Part shown: piece after piece, positions 22,922 to 35,167 of the stretch
How positions within the stretch are numbered: position 1 is the stretch's first letter
How the letters are laid out: every line of letters starts with the position of its first letter
Position numbers and translations under genes: made by a program
Notes under the pieces: generated by a model
What the model was told of the DNA's origin: nothing
The model's input: only the letters and a program-made list of their open reading frames with translations
The model's database searches: none
Assembly (NCBI GenBank): GCA_010909165.1
Contig: VJWM01000063.1
Span: 744,001-808,000, forward strand
From: Anthoceros angustus
Lineage: Eukaryota > Plantae > Anthocerotophyta
Length of the DNA stretch: 64,000 nt
Direction: 5' to 3'

Positions 22922-25900
22922 TCACTTGCCCCTCTTGCTGCTGCTCCTGCTTCTGCTCCTGCTCCTGCTCCTGCTCCTGCTGAATCCATGGTGGTGGAGA
23001 CGGTGGGCAGTTGCCACCATCCCCCTCAAAGCCTCCTGAAGGGAACACCCTCATCCCCTCACTACCCACCCAAACAATCCTTAACTACCGGACGTGTCGC
23101 ATGTCAGCTGAACTTTGACATCCGCCTCACTATATCTTTCTCAGAATGTTACATGGGGAACCATATATTCTGCCTGGATTACTATATGTTTATTTTCAAG
23201 TTCAAAAGTTTTTAAAACTTGACTACATATTCAAAAGTTAGCTAGGTATTTTTTTTATTATAAAGTATATTTCTTTACTTTTATTGTATATCTTTTTTAT
23301 TTATCATCTTCAAAATTTTATACATTATTTTGCATATAAACTTTATTCTCATTAGCACGTATATTTTTCTTCCATACTTTCTCCAATCCAAGAATAAAAA
23401 CTTAGCTGGAGAATAATAAACTTAGTAGCCATGTGATAGATTTGATCAAAATGATTCCATCAAACAATATGTACCTGTCAAACCACGGGTTGCCTTGGAC
23501 CAACAAAATTTGTAAATCTTATATTTTAGAGGCTCTCTCAAAGATAGCTTGCCGAGGCGGTGTGAAAATACAAGTATGAGAGAAGTGACAAAGAAGTCTA
23601 AGATATAAGGTAGTTTTACTTGCATGGTTTAAATACAAAGCAAGCAAAAGCCTAGTAGGCAAGCAAGCGAGCAATCAAAAGGCGGTGAAGCGGTGAGGCG
23701 TGCAATCAAAAGGCGGAACAAGTATGAGACCAGAGAACCTTGCACTAAAACACGTGAGCCTTGATGAGCTCAAAGAAAAGAATGTCTTTAACCACAATAT
23801 TGTCGCCATGGACGTATTGAACAAACTCCTACGTTATGCTTTGGACATCATTGAGCTTCAGGTCGCTATCGAGAAGGGGCGTAAGGCATGCGGGATAATT
23901 CAAATAGAGGTGCCACATCAAAGGAAACAAGGAAAGAAAGCAGTTAGCTGTCTTTCTCATGTTGAAAGGATTCAGTGCCAACTCTTGATCAAATTGAAAA
24001 GAAAATACAGACAGAAAAATAAAATAAAGTTAAAAATATCTTATTTTAAACTATGATGTAATGTAGTTATATTCTATCAATCAAAATGCAACATGACCCC
24101 AAGGCGTCTTTGGGCCCTTGGTCTCCGATCGATATTGAACCGTGACCCTCTACCTTCCTCAGATGCGGAGAGACATGTCTGGACGGTGAGGTTGCGGTGC
24201 GTTTTGACGGACCGCGAAATTCATGTTTGGTCTCTCTTTATTCTGCGCTTCCTTACGCTTTGTTTGGTCTCTCTTTATTCTACGCTTCCTTATGCTTTGT
24301 TTGGTCTCTATCTTATTTTCAGACGAGGATGGAAACATGGTGGCATGACCGGTAAAGTTGCTTTCACATGAGTTATGTCCTTCGGCGTTCTGCCTAAGGA
24401 GGGGAAGAACAAATGGGAAGAGTGAGCTCATGACTCAGGTGAGCATAGTTCACAATATCACTACAAGAAAAGAGAGTCTCTACAACACATTTTCCACACG
24501 GATGTTGATGTCATATTGTAAACCGTCAAAATACCGCATTTGTAAACCGAGCTTCACCGCGTTGTAAAACAGCTAACGTGGTCTAAGCGCCATGTCAGTA
24601 GGTGATGATGTGGCGGCATATCGTGCCACATCACCATGTGCAACTCAATAGCTCACTCTTGTGGCTCCCAATTTGGCACAACCTAATTTACATAAAAACC
24701 TGTACAACAACACATGAAGCTGGCGCAGCTGTGCGGTATCCTTGCAAACGTGGACGGACATGCACATCAGTCAGGAGTCGCCACGTTCTGTTTCGCCTTC
24801 GGTGCGATCTCACTTGCCCCTCTTGCTGCTGCTCCTGCTTCTGCTCCTGCTCCTGCTCCTGCTCCTGCTGAATCCATGGTGGTGGAGACGGTGGGCAGTT
24901 GCCACCATCCCCCTCAAAGCCTCCTGAAGGGAACACCCTCATCCCCTCACTACCCACCCAAACAATCCTTAACTACCGGACGTGTCGCATGTCAGCTGAA
25001 CTTTGACATCCGCCTCACTATATCTTTCTCAGAATGTTACATGGGGAACCATATATTCTGCCTGGATTACTATATGTTTATTTTCAAGTTCAAAAGTTTT
25101 TAAAACTTGACTACATATTCAAAAGTTAGCTAGGTATTTTTTTATTATAAAGTATATTTCTTTACTTTTATTGTATATCTTTTTTATTTATCATCTTCAA
25201 AATTTTATACATTATTTTGCATATAAACTTTATTCTCATTAGCACGTATATTTTTCTTCCATACTTTCTCCAATCCAAGAATAAAAAACTTAGCTGGAGA
25301 ATAATAAACTTAGTAGCCATGTGATAGATTTGATCAAAATGATTCCATCAAACAATATGTACCCTGTGTCAAACCACGGGTTGCCCTTGGACCCAACAAA
25401 ATTTGTAAATCTTATATTTTAGAGGCTCTCTCCAAAGATAGCTTGCAGCAAGACGAGGCTGATATGAAAATACAAGTATGAGAGAAGTGACAAAGAAGTC
25501 TAAGATATAAGGTAGTTTTTTTACTTGCATGGTTTAAATACAAAGCAAGCAAAAGCCTAGTAGGCAAGCAAGAAAGCAGGCAATCAAAAGGCAGGTAGAC
25601 AGGTATGAGAGCGTGCAATCAAAAGGCAGGCAGACAAGTATGAGACCAGAGAACCTTGCACTAAAAACACGTGAGCCTTGATGAGCTCAAAGAAAAGAAT
25701 GTCTTTAACCACAATATTGTCGCCATGGACGTATTGAACAAACTCCTACGTTATGCTTTGGACATCATTGAGCTTCAGGTCGCTATCGAGAAGGGGCGTA
25801 AGGCATGCGGGATAATTCAAATAGAGGTGCCACATCAAAGGAAACAAGGAAAGAAAGCAGTTAGCTGTCTTTCTCATGTTGAAAGGATTCAGTGCCAACT

Positions 25901-26941
25901 CTTGATCAAATTGAAAAGAAAAATACAGACAGAAAAATAAAATAAAGTTAAAAATATCTTATTTTAAACTATGATGTAATGTAGTTATATTCTATCAATC
26001 AAAGTACAGCAACATGACCCCAAGGGCAGTCTTTGGGCCCTTGGTCTCCGAATTCGATATTGAACCCGTGACCCTCTCTGCTTCACTCCGGGTACGGAGA
26101 GACATGTACAGACCAGGTGAGGTTGCGGTGCGTTTTGACGGACCGCAACTTCGGAACCCTCTCTGCTTCACTCCGGGTACGGAGAGACATGTCTGGAACC
26201 GGTGAGGTTGCGGTGCTTGATTTTATCGCAACCCGCGTGCACGCTCACGCTTTGTTTGGTCCATGTACAGACCAGGTGAGGTTGTGGTGCGTTTTGACGG
26301 ACCGCAACTTCGGAAGCGAGTTACGCTTTGTTTGGTCTCTGTCTTTATTCTGCGCTTCCTTACGCTTTGTTTGGTCTCTGTCTTTATTCTACGCTTCCTT
26401 ATGCTTTGTTTGGTCTCTATCTTTATTTTCAGACGAGGATGGAAACATGGTGGCATGACCAGGTAAAGTTGCTTTCACATGAGTTATGTCCTTCGGCGGC
26501 GTTCTGCCTACAAGGAGGGGGAAGAACAAATGGGAAGAGTGAGCTCGGTGACTCAGGTGAGCATAGTTCACAATATCACTACAAGAAAGAGAGTCTCTAC
26601 AACACATTTTCCACACGGATGTTATGATGTCATATTGTAAACCGTCGAAATACCGCATTTGTAAACCGGAGCTTCACCGCGTTGTAAAACAGCTAACGTG
26701 GTCAATTCTAAGCGCCATGTCAGTAGGTGATGATGTGGCGGCATATCATTGCCACATCACCATGTGCAACTCAATAGCTCACTCTTGTGGCTCCCAATTT
26801 GGCACAACCTAATTTACATAAAAACCTGTGTACAACAACACATGAAGCTGGCGCAGCTGTGCGGTATCCTTGCAAACGTGGACGGACATGCACATCAGTC
26901 AGGGAGTCGCCACGTTCTGTTTCGCCTTCGGTGCGATCTCA
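22922..26941. repeat. Head-to-tail duplication 4 (~1.9-2.1 kb; junction at ~24811); includes the last GBSS codons and 3' flank
   Basis: CACTTGCCCCTCTTGCTGCTGCTCC occurs at 22923 and 24811; junction microhomology TCA; the left copy carries many deletions. Confidence 0.92.
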
Positions 26942-29900
26942 TCGCCCTCCGTTCCTGCTCGACTACCTTCAACCTGCAGTCCAAGTAACACTTCCTCCCA
27001 CCTTCTTGCAGGTGCCTATTTCAGACGAAACACCGTCAGATCAATAGGCGGAACCACTATCGTTCATTGCGCGCGACATTGGACCAGTAGTTACCTTCCA
27101 TGATAAGTCCTGCGCCATGCCAGCTTTTACCAGCTTGGAAAACTCTGGGGTACCATAAGTCTTGGCTGCTCTCTTGACTGTGCTGGCAAGCGCTTTGACA
27201 TCAGCTGGGTCCACTGCTTCACACTGAGACCAAGTCCACCAGTCAGTCCAACCCTTAGTGCATCAGTTTCAGTTGGAAAGCCACGACCCTGAAATAAGAC
27301 AGAAGTCTAGAAGCTCACATCGACATTGAAGGCTCCGATGTGAAACCCAGTCACCCCTTCCTCTACGGTGTCCACCAATCCACCAGTGGAGGCAACGATT
27401 GGTACCTGTACCGATAGGGAGAAAGCCCTTCATTAGAAAACCACAGCACAGACACCAAAACACCATAAAATTCTGCTCTCTTACTGCGAGGGGACACACT
27501 ACTTACAGTTCCATATCGCATGGCATGCAGTTGAATAAGACCACAAGGCTCAAATCTGCTGGGAACTAGCATAAAATCAGCTCCCGCTGTAATCAGATGT
27601 GCTAAGGGCACATTGAACTTCACTATGCCACGAGCTTTATCAGGGTACGACTTTTCCAGATCCTCCAGCTGCTTCTCCAAATTCTTTTTCCCTGTACCCT
27701 GCATCAAAGGAAGACATCAGCGCCAGACAGGAATTAGAACATAGCAGGACACAGCTTCAAATAGGATGACTGCGGTCCTTTTCTTAAAATAGGAAATATT
27801 TCCGTCCTCACCAGAACCACCAGCTGTATGTCCTCGTCCAAAAACTCTGCGACAGCCTCATTCAGAATGTCGGATCCCTTTTGTTCTTCTAACCTACCAA
27901 TGAAGCCAATAAGCGGTTTACTGGCGTCCACAGGTAAACCGACTTCGGCTTGAAGCAGCTCTTTAAGGATTGGTTTGGCCTCCAGAACCTGCAAGCGTGT
28001 GCTCAAACAGGTCATCTGAAAGACGAATCAACGCTCACTAGTATCAATGTACAGACTCTGCCCAGCGCAGATCGTTCTTACCGTCTTCTCATTATACGGC
28101 AGGTCGATGTACTTGTCCTCAGACGGATCCCATTCTTGGACATCCATCCCGTTGACAATACCAAAGACTCCAACTTTTTGGACGACGTCATCCAGCTCTA
28201 CACCTTTGTCCGGTCCACTTCCTAGCTCCCTAGCATAGTTGGGGCTAACGGTCAGGCAGATGTCAGCTTCAAGAAATCCTGCTTTCATCCAGTTGATCTT
28301 GCGCCCTGCCACTGGCTTCAAGTATCTGCGGAACCAATTGGTGTCAGGCGCTTCCGAACCAACTTTCTTCACCAAGTATAAACCTCCCAAAAGCTCATAT
28401 ACATGCATTGCTAGGCAAGGCTTACCCATCGTAAAAGTCAAAGGAGCTTATAAATTCATCCGGTAGATTCAGAAGCTTGAAATCGGCGGAGGCAAATCTG
28501 CCTTGGTATGCAACATTGTGCACACAGAATGCCACCTGCAGAGAAGGAACCCAACCGGCATTCAGCACTTGGTCAAAGGAGAAAGCAAAGCAACGACAAC
28601 CAACGTCGTCACCTTCGCATTCTTAAAGGCTCCTTGGGGTTTGTAAATAGCTTTGAGATAGCAAGGCAGAAGAGCAGTGTGCCAGTCGTTTGCGATGAAC
28701 ACAACATCCTCTCCTGCGGGCAAAACATAGCAGCGTGAGATACAAACTCAGCCGGACTATCAAAGACGACTGAACCATGACTTCTCAAGCTTACCGTATG
28801 GACCACTGAAGTATTCATTGCTGCTTAGGTTAAGAACTCGGGCGGCTTCAATTGCTGCCTGCTCCAGTTAGCAGCAAACTTAGGACCCACCAATGCCAGG
28901 CTCTCAAGCTTCGCAAGTGCATGGAAGAAGCTAAAAAGCCACGAGCGGTACCAGGGCAAACAGGCTGAAACGCAGCTGATTATCGGTGTAGTCTTCCCCA
29001 GTTAGCGGACCATAAATCTTGCTTCCCGTCTTTCCCCAAACCTGCAGCCATGTAGAAATCGATATCAGAATCTGTGCCCTAGCAGAAGCCATAAACCATG
29101 TATGCCATCATACCGACAGTCTCAACCGGCGGGGCAGTACCTTAGCCAGAAAGAGTGGATGGTCGACAAATACGCGATCGACACCACGTTTAAACGTGTG
29201 GAAAAAGCGTACAGTCTCAGTCCGGTCTCCAACCTTTATCTGTAGACGAACGAACACACCAAACGTCATTTTCATCACTCCAACAAAGTCGCACACACAT
29301 CTACGTGATCAGTATGTCTTCAACCCAACAAAACTTACATCAACTGTTGTAGCTGTGTCCCAAGCATCCTTGTATTGGTCATACCGAGGGGAAACGGTCA
29401 TAACCCTGTGTCCACGGGCCTGAGTTGATCAAGAGGACAGAGTAAGAAACACTCCACAGAAAATCATCGGTCCATGACACAACGACGGTTTCCAATGTGT
29501 GGCCTCCCAACAGCAGTCGCGACAGACATAGGAGGCCTCTAGTTCTGATGTGTGTATGGTTATTACATACATACATACACGTAAACAGTAACCAAACCGA
29601 GGCTCCGACACTCAACGAACAGCAGCGCCTGCAAAGCCAAGAAGAACAACTTACGGCAAGAGCAGGCGGAAGGCCTCCCAGCACGTCTCCTAATCCTCCA
29701 GTCTTACTCCAGGGCGCCACTTCTGCAGCGACAAACACGAGATTCATGCCTCCCGCGGCGCAGGTGGTGACGCCTCTGAATCCCGTCCCGTTGCCTTCCA
29801 ACGCCTTGGACACCTGACTCCGGAACCTTGCCTGGAAGGACTCCTCCCGCTCGCCAAGGCGGCATCCTCCAACCGCTCTCAATCCTCTGAAAGAGAACAG

Positions 29901-30026
29901 CCGCTGCCGAGTCCCACCCGGCAGCGCAGCCGACGAACGAGAGGAGGAAGAGGAGGAACCAGTGTCCACCGGGAAGGACGTGCCACATCTGCAGAAGGCA
30001 GCGCGCGGAGCAATCGCCATCGCCAT
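26899..30026 (-). CDS. GBSS: Granule-bound starch synthase (waxy), 13 coding exons, with transit peptide
   Basis: [92 protein letters not shown]-terminus [13 protein letters not shown]. All 12 introns were traced as GT-AG. Confidence 0.97.
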
Positions 30027-30922
30027 TTCCCCTCTCCCGCACCAGATCCTCTCCCGGTCCCGCGCTGCGAGCTTCACTCAAGCTTTAGCTCCCAGACACC
30101 ATAATCGACTCCTGCATACCCGCCAAACCAGCGGCATTGTCATCAAACAACAGGAACAGCAGCCGGAGCAACGCACATTACCCGGAATTCCACAAAACAA
30201 TGCCGGAACGACACAAACAGGCACAATGCTACTTTCCAGCGGCAGAAAGCACCGGAGGCCTCCGCCTACGTGCAAAAACCATACCAAATGAAGAACGAGT
30301 TGCAGTTCAAAGCATGACCTCCTGAGACCAGCAGAGGAGCGGAAATTGCAAGCAAGCCACAGAAGAACGCATACCGCACACCACACGCCGACACCGCACC
30401 GCACGCAAATGCCAGCGGAAGAGGTCCTCACCGCGCTGCTCAGCTCTCCAATGCAGACAAGGGAGAGCGGCAAAGACAGAGCGCTGTGACCGCAGCCGCG
30501 CGCGCCACTGCCTTCTGCCTTCCCCCCTTCTCCCCGTCTGTGCGAGAAGTAGTGCATGCCACAGTGCAGTGAAAGCGAACTGGCCTGGCAGAGGCCGGGC
30601 GCGTCTGGCGGAGCCTGGCCACACCAGCACGCGGCGTGGGGAATGTGAAATATGCGATCGAGCTTGCTGCAGTCCGTGGCGCGCCCGTGCGCACCGGCTG
30701 GCCCCAGTCGCCCGGTTCGCGACCGGCGAACCACGGCCTCTCCTTGGCGATTGGACAAACAGCACCTCTCAAACTTCTTGTGTTCCACAGGCCATCGTAC
30801 TCATCTCCACAGGGGAGCATGTAAGAAAGAATGTGCGGTGAAAGATACTGTTCTGTCCTGTACATCAATGATATGTGACGTAGTCCGTACGTCCCCGGGT
30901 CGGGTGACGGGTGGCCACGGGA

Positions 30923-31979
30923 TCAGGCCGGCCCCGGGCAAAGAAATTGTGCTAACTCGTTGACTACTCCCTCGAAGCTATGGAACTGAGTGCCGACGAA
31001 ATCGACCTCCACGCCCAGGTCGGCAGCTCCGCGGGCCGTGACTGGCCCGTGCGCGGCCAGAACGCAGCCGGAGGACCTGGCTATGGCGGAGAGCTCGGCC
31101 GGGGAGACGCGGAGGCTCTGGAGCAGGCCTTCGACTTCCGCGGTGCTGGTGAAGATGAGCGCGTTGCAGGAGAGGCGGGGGCCGGGGCCGAGGATGGCAC
31201 AGGCGGGGTCAGGCCGGCCCAGGAGGTGAGGTAGGCGTGGACACGGCGGGCTGCCAGCCGGCCTGGGAGAGGGAGCGGAGGAAGGCGGGGATGACGGGAG
31301 GCTCCTTGAGGGACGAGACGAGGGGGACGGGGCAGAGGATGCGGCGCTTCATGCCGGCGCCGAGGGCCTGGACGAGAGAGGACGGGGTGGCGGAGGGGGG
31401 ATGGAGATAGACTGGCCTAGGGTTTCCGGGGAAGAGGTCGAGCTCGCGGAGGAGATCCATGTCGCGGCCCAGGGCGGCGAGGAAGAAGGGAGGCCCTGTC
31501 CGGGGGAGGGGAGATGGCAGCCCGGCCAGAGCGGAAGCCACGGCTTGGATGCCGGCTCTGGATGTGAAGGCGATGCCGTGGTACTGCTCGATGATGCTGT
31601 TGCCGCTGCTGCTACTCCAGATGCTGTTGATGAGCTCCTGCTGTGTCGCGGAAGTGGTGTCGGTGACGATTGTCGGACACCAGATCGGCGTCGCTCCCGC
31701 GGCGGCCAGGTGGTGCTGGAGGCGGACTGCGTATTCCTTCGGAGTAGTGAATGCCACGACGCGTCCGGATAACGGGAGCGATGCGTTCCTTCTTGGTAGA
31801 TCAACTTCCTGCGCTGTCGCCGCAGCTTGGGAAACGCGCCTAACTGTCAGATAATCCTGTGGTTGCAGCAAGAACCTGTAGATGTGCTTGGACCTTCTGC
31901 TCCTCGGCTGGAGGAGCGTCACGATGTCCTCCGTCGGAACCGGGGAGAGTCCGAGCCGGTGTAGTTCTGCTCCTGCCAT
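30923..31979 (-). CDS. Uroporphyrinogen-III synthase (HemD)-like protein, intronless, with two apparent 1-nt deletions (~31246, ~31212)
   Basis: VAFTTPKEYA...PIWCPTI...IAFTSRAGI...ILCPVP...EPPVIP, then after frame correction RVHAYLTSWAG and NALIFTSTAEVEGLL...AAHGPVTARGAADLGVEVD...FHSFEGVV. Confidence 0.8.
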
Positions 31980-32708
31980 GCCGAGTTAGGCTAGATCTGG
32001 ATCCGACTAGGGAGCCTCAGGCCGCGGCTGCGGCTAAGTGCGGCGGGAGCTTCCTGGCGAAAGCCCTCCCCTCCGAAGCATCTGTGTTTCTCATCGAACT
32101 CACAGGCTCTACCTCTAGCTGAGCCATTTGCAGATCTGAACGAGCAGGGATTCTGCAGCACAGGGGAAGAGCGCTTCATCAGTGTTTGCCGTCAGCTCTC
32201 AACGGAGACAAGCGGCCAGCAATGGAAGAACAGCGTGGAGGAGGAATTCAGCAACGATTCTCACCCTGCGCTTTCTTCAGAGTCTCCACCCGGGCGTGAA
32301 CCTGGAGCAGAGCATGTTCAAGACCCTGCGTAGCTGCGGCAAGGAGAGCGCCACCACCGATACTTGGCGGCACCAGACGAGCGTGAGTGAGTAAGTGATG
32401 CAGGCTAGTGCAGTCTCGAACGGCATCGTCCTCCGGCGGGCCTCTTGCGTGACAACTGGGAACTGCCTCTGCCGCTTGAACTCGCGCCTCTTTAAGTTCT
32501 TGTCCATCGATCAGATTTGTTGCTATCCGATTCTGGGAGAAATCCTATCACTCGTGTATCCCATCTTTGCCCTAACCCCGCGTTGGAGCTGGAAAGTGGC
32601 GACTCGGACACTGTGATTGGTGATTGGGGGTAGCAATTAAAGGAATGATTCGTGAGATTCTAGTGACATCCACCTGGGCATTTAAAATTCGAGTGGGAGC
32701 TGGCACCG

Positions 32709-34311
32709 TCACTGAGCTTCAGTCCCGGAATCCTTGTCATCCACGATCTGCTGAGTCACGGCCCACAACTTCATAGCCAGTTCTTGGCTAGCTCCCAGCT
32801 TGCTGACGTCTTCAGCGTTGCAGTCACTGAAGTAGTTGCCGCTCACTCCTTTCATATCAGGGTGAAGGGCAACGTACAAGGTGGTTGCTGCGCCCTGTAC
32901 CAGATTGCGTGCAGTAAGTACTGTACAAAACAAGCACGGCAAACCCCGTGGTTACGGCAAGAGGGGTCATTGGGACGCAAGAGACCTGTACCTGAGGAAT
33001 CGTTTTCCAGAGGAAGAAGAATAGCGCCTTTCCAACCGCTGCCATGGTGGAGTTAAGAACAAGGTAACAAGGAGTTAGTGACACGTTTTGATGAGTGGGC
33101 AGTTGGTGGAGCGAATGCCTTGGAAATTGCACACACCCATCTGAAGGCGTACATGTCGAAATATGTTTGTAAAGATGTATCCTGGGTGGACAGAATTGGC
33201 TGTTACATTTGCTCCTTCTTCCTGTTTGAAAGCATCAAAAGGGCTTAGTCTTGAACAAATGCATGCAATGGTCAGAGCAAATGTTGCAATTCTGCACCTT
33301 GAGTCGTCTGGCGAGCTCCTTGGAGTGCAGAACATTGGCAAGCTTACTTTGGCCATATGCTCGTGAACGGTCGTACCTGCAAGTTACATGAAGAGACATT
33401 TTCCTTTTAAATCAGCGGCCACATTGCAGGACAGCCCTTGGTACAGATCTCTTGGTCGAGGAGTTTACCCTTGCTTTTGGTTGATCTTGTCGAATCTGAT
33501 GCCACCCTTGTATACCCAGTTGTGCATGGTGGAGGAGAGATTAACAATGCGCCCTTCAATTCCACTTTCCTTGGCAGTGGTCTTCATCTTCTCCAGAAGC
33601 AGCTGTGTGAGATAGAAATGACCGACGTGGTTGACAGCAAACGTTGACTCGATTCCATCAACCGTTAACTCGAAGGGACACATGAACACACCTGCGTTGT
33701 TTCTGAGCATGGAAGGTACGCAATTATCAGGTTCCAATTCCCATGGCAGCCATCTCTCAAGTGAGACAATCAGGACTCAGTCAAGAATTAGACCAAGAAG
33801 CCAGGCCAAGCTGAACTCACATCAACACATGAAGAGGATGTCCGGTGGCAAGAAACTGGAGTGCGAACTGCTTCACGGAGTCCAACGAGCTCAAATCTAG
33901 CTTCATGGCATCGATCCGTGCAGTAGGAATTTGTTTGAGGATGTCATCTTTCACGATGCCAGCAGCTTCAAGGTTTCTCGCACCAATTATGACATGTGCA
34001 CCCCGCAGGGCCAGAACGCGCACAGTTTCAGCTCCAATTCCGCTCGATCCGCCTTCAATCAATTCCAAACACACAAGAGAAACACAATTTCAGTCTTTCA
34101 GAATCCCGGGCCAGCAGATCCAGGACACCTGAACATGCAACTACGATGTAAGACAGATTATTTTCGGGCCTGTGACAATCGCTGTCAAGCCGGATGCATC
34201 CAGGCCTGCCGTGACTGCCTCTCCCGTCGTGAAAAACCCGAAGCCGCTCTTCCCAACCTTTCCGCAAATTGATCTGCTCAACCCCGACCAACCACCTACA
34301 TTCCATGCCAT
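32709..34311 (-). CDS. Short-chain dehydrogenase/reductase, Tic32/retinol dehydrogenase-like (7 exons)
   Basis: TAIVT|GGSSGIG (TGxxxGIG), NNAG, NHVGHF, IVNLSS, YGQSK (YxxxK), [19 protein letters not shown]. Confidence 0.92.
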
Positions 34312-35167
34312 TGTGATTCAGACGGTACCGGTCTCGTCTCATCAGCGTCGCCTCCTCCGGAGCTTCAAATGGAGAAGGAAACATCTTGAGCACTCCTTCC
34401 GCTTGGTCTGCACTGTGCACCTAGTTCAAATTTTGGTAGCTAATGCCTGAAGATTCGGGAGAATCAACGACGCACAAACACCTCGTGGTGAACAACAAAC
34501 CGTGTCGTTATCCCCGTGACACACACAGACTCCTCCATCTTCAAAGCATCTTAACGAACATTTGCTGGACTTTGCTAGACTTTGCTTTGCGTTTGTTTCC
34601 TTTGCTTAAGAACGGCCTCCTCTATTAGAGCTTCTGAAGGCTCCAGCAGCTGCAGCACCCCTTCTATGCCCTAAGCTGCTTATTGCAATCTCACCTCGAT
34701 CGAAAGGCATCTCAATCTTCCTGCACGTCAAGCTACACATCAACCAGTGGAGTGCAATGGACCATTTTCCTTAAACCCTAAACCTCGGATGACCTCTTTC
34801 AACTTCGGACGAGTTTCGCTGTCTGGGAGATGGAGGCTACACTTTCTTGTACTGCTGCTGGATGTAGCTTTACAGCCGGCATTTCGAACACGCGAAGGGT
34901 ATGAAGCATGCATGCACGCAGCTTGATTTTGCCAAGGGATGGAGTTGAATGCAGATGACAAGCTCTATGCAGACTACTCATGGGTCATGTGCAGCAACCA
35001 TCTGGCATTGTGTTGTCAGCTGATTGCAGCTCGATGTTGTTCCGGTGGTGGGCTGGCCGGAGTAGATGATGTTCGTGCAAGGATTTTCTGGGAATCGGAC
35101 GGACCGGATGAGCCTATGAGACAGGGTTCCATCAGTCCAGCGTGTAGCGGGGCATTGGGGTTCAGCC

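Noticed and set aside
22785-23069. N-terminal extension of the 582-aa lectin ORF (QEQEQE)
   Set aside because: A good signal peptide starts at 22784; the extension is low-complexity 5' flank duplicated at 24811-24957 without the gene.
23700-24056. 118-aa ORF duplicated at 25671
   Set aside because: No recognisable domain; the two copies differ in frame at both ends.
34771-34786. Telomere-like AAACCCT
   Set aside because: One to two units only (telobox-sized), not an interstitial telomere array.
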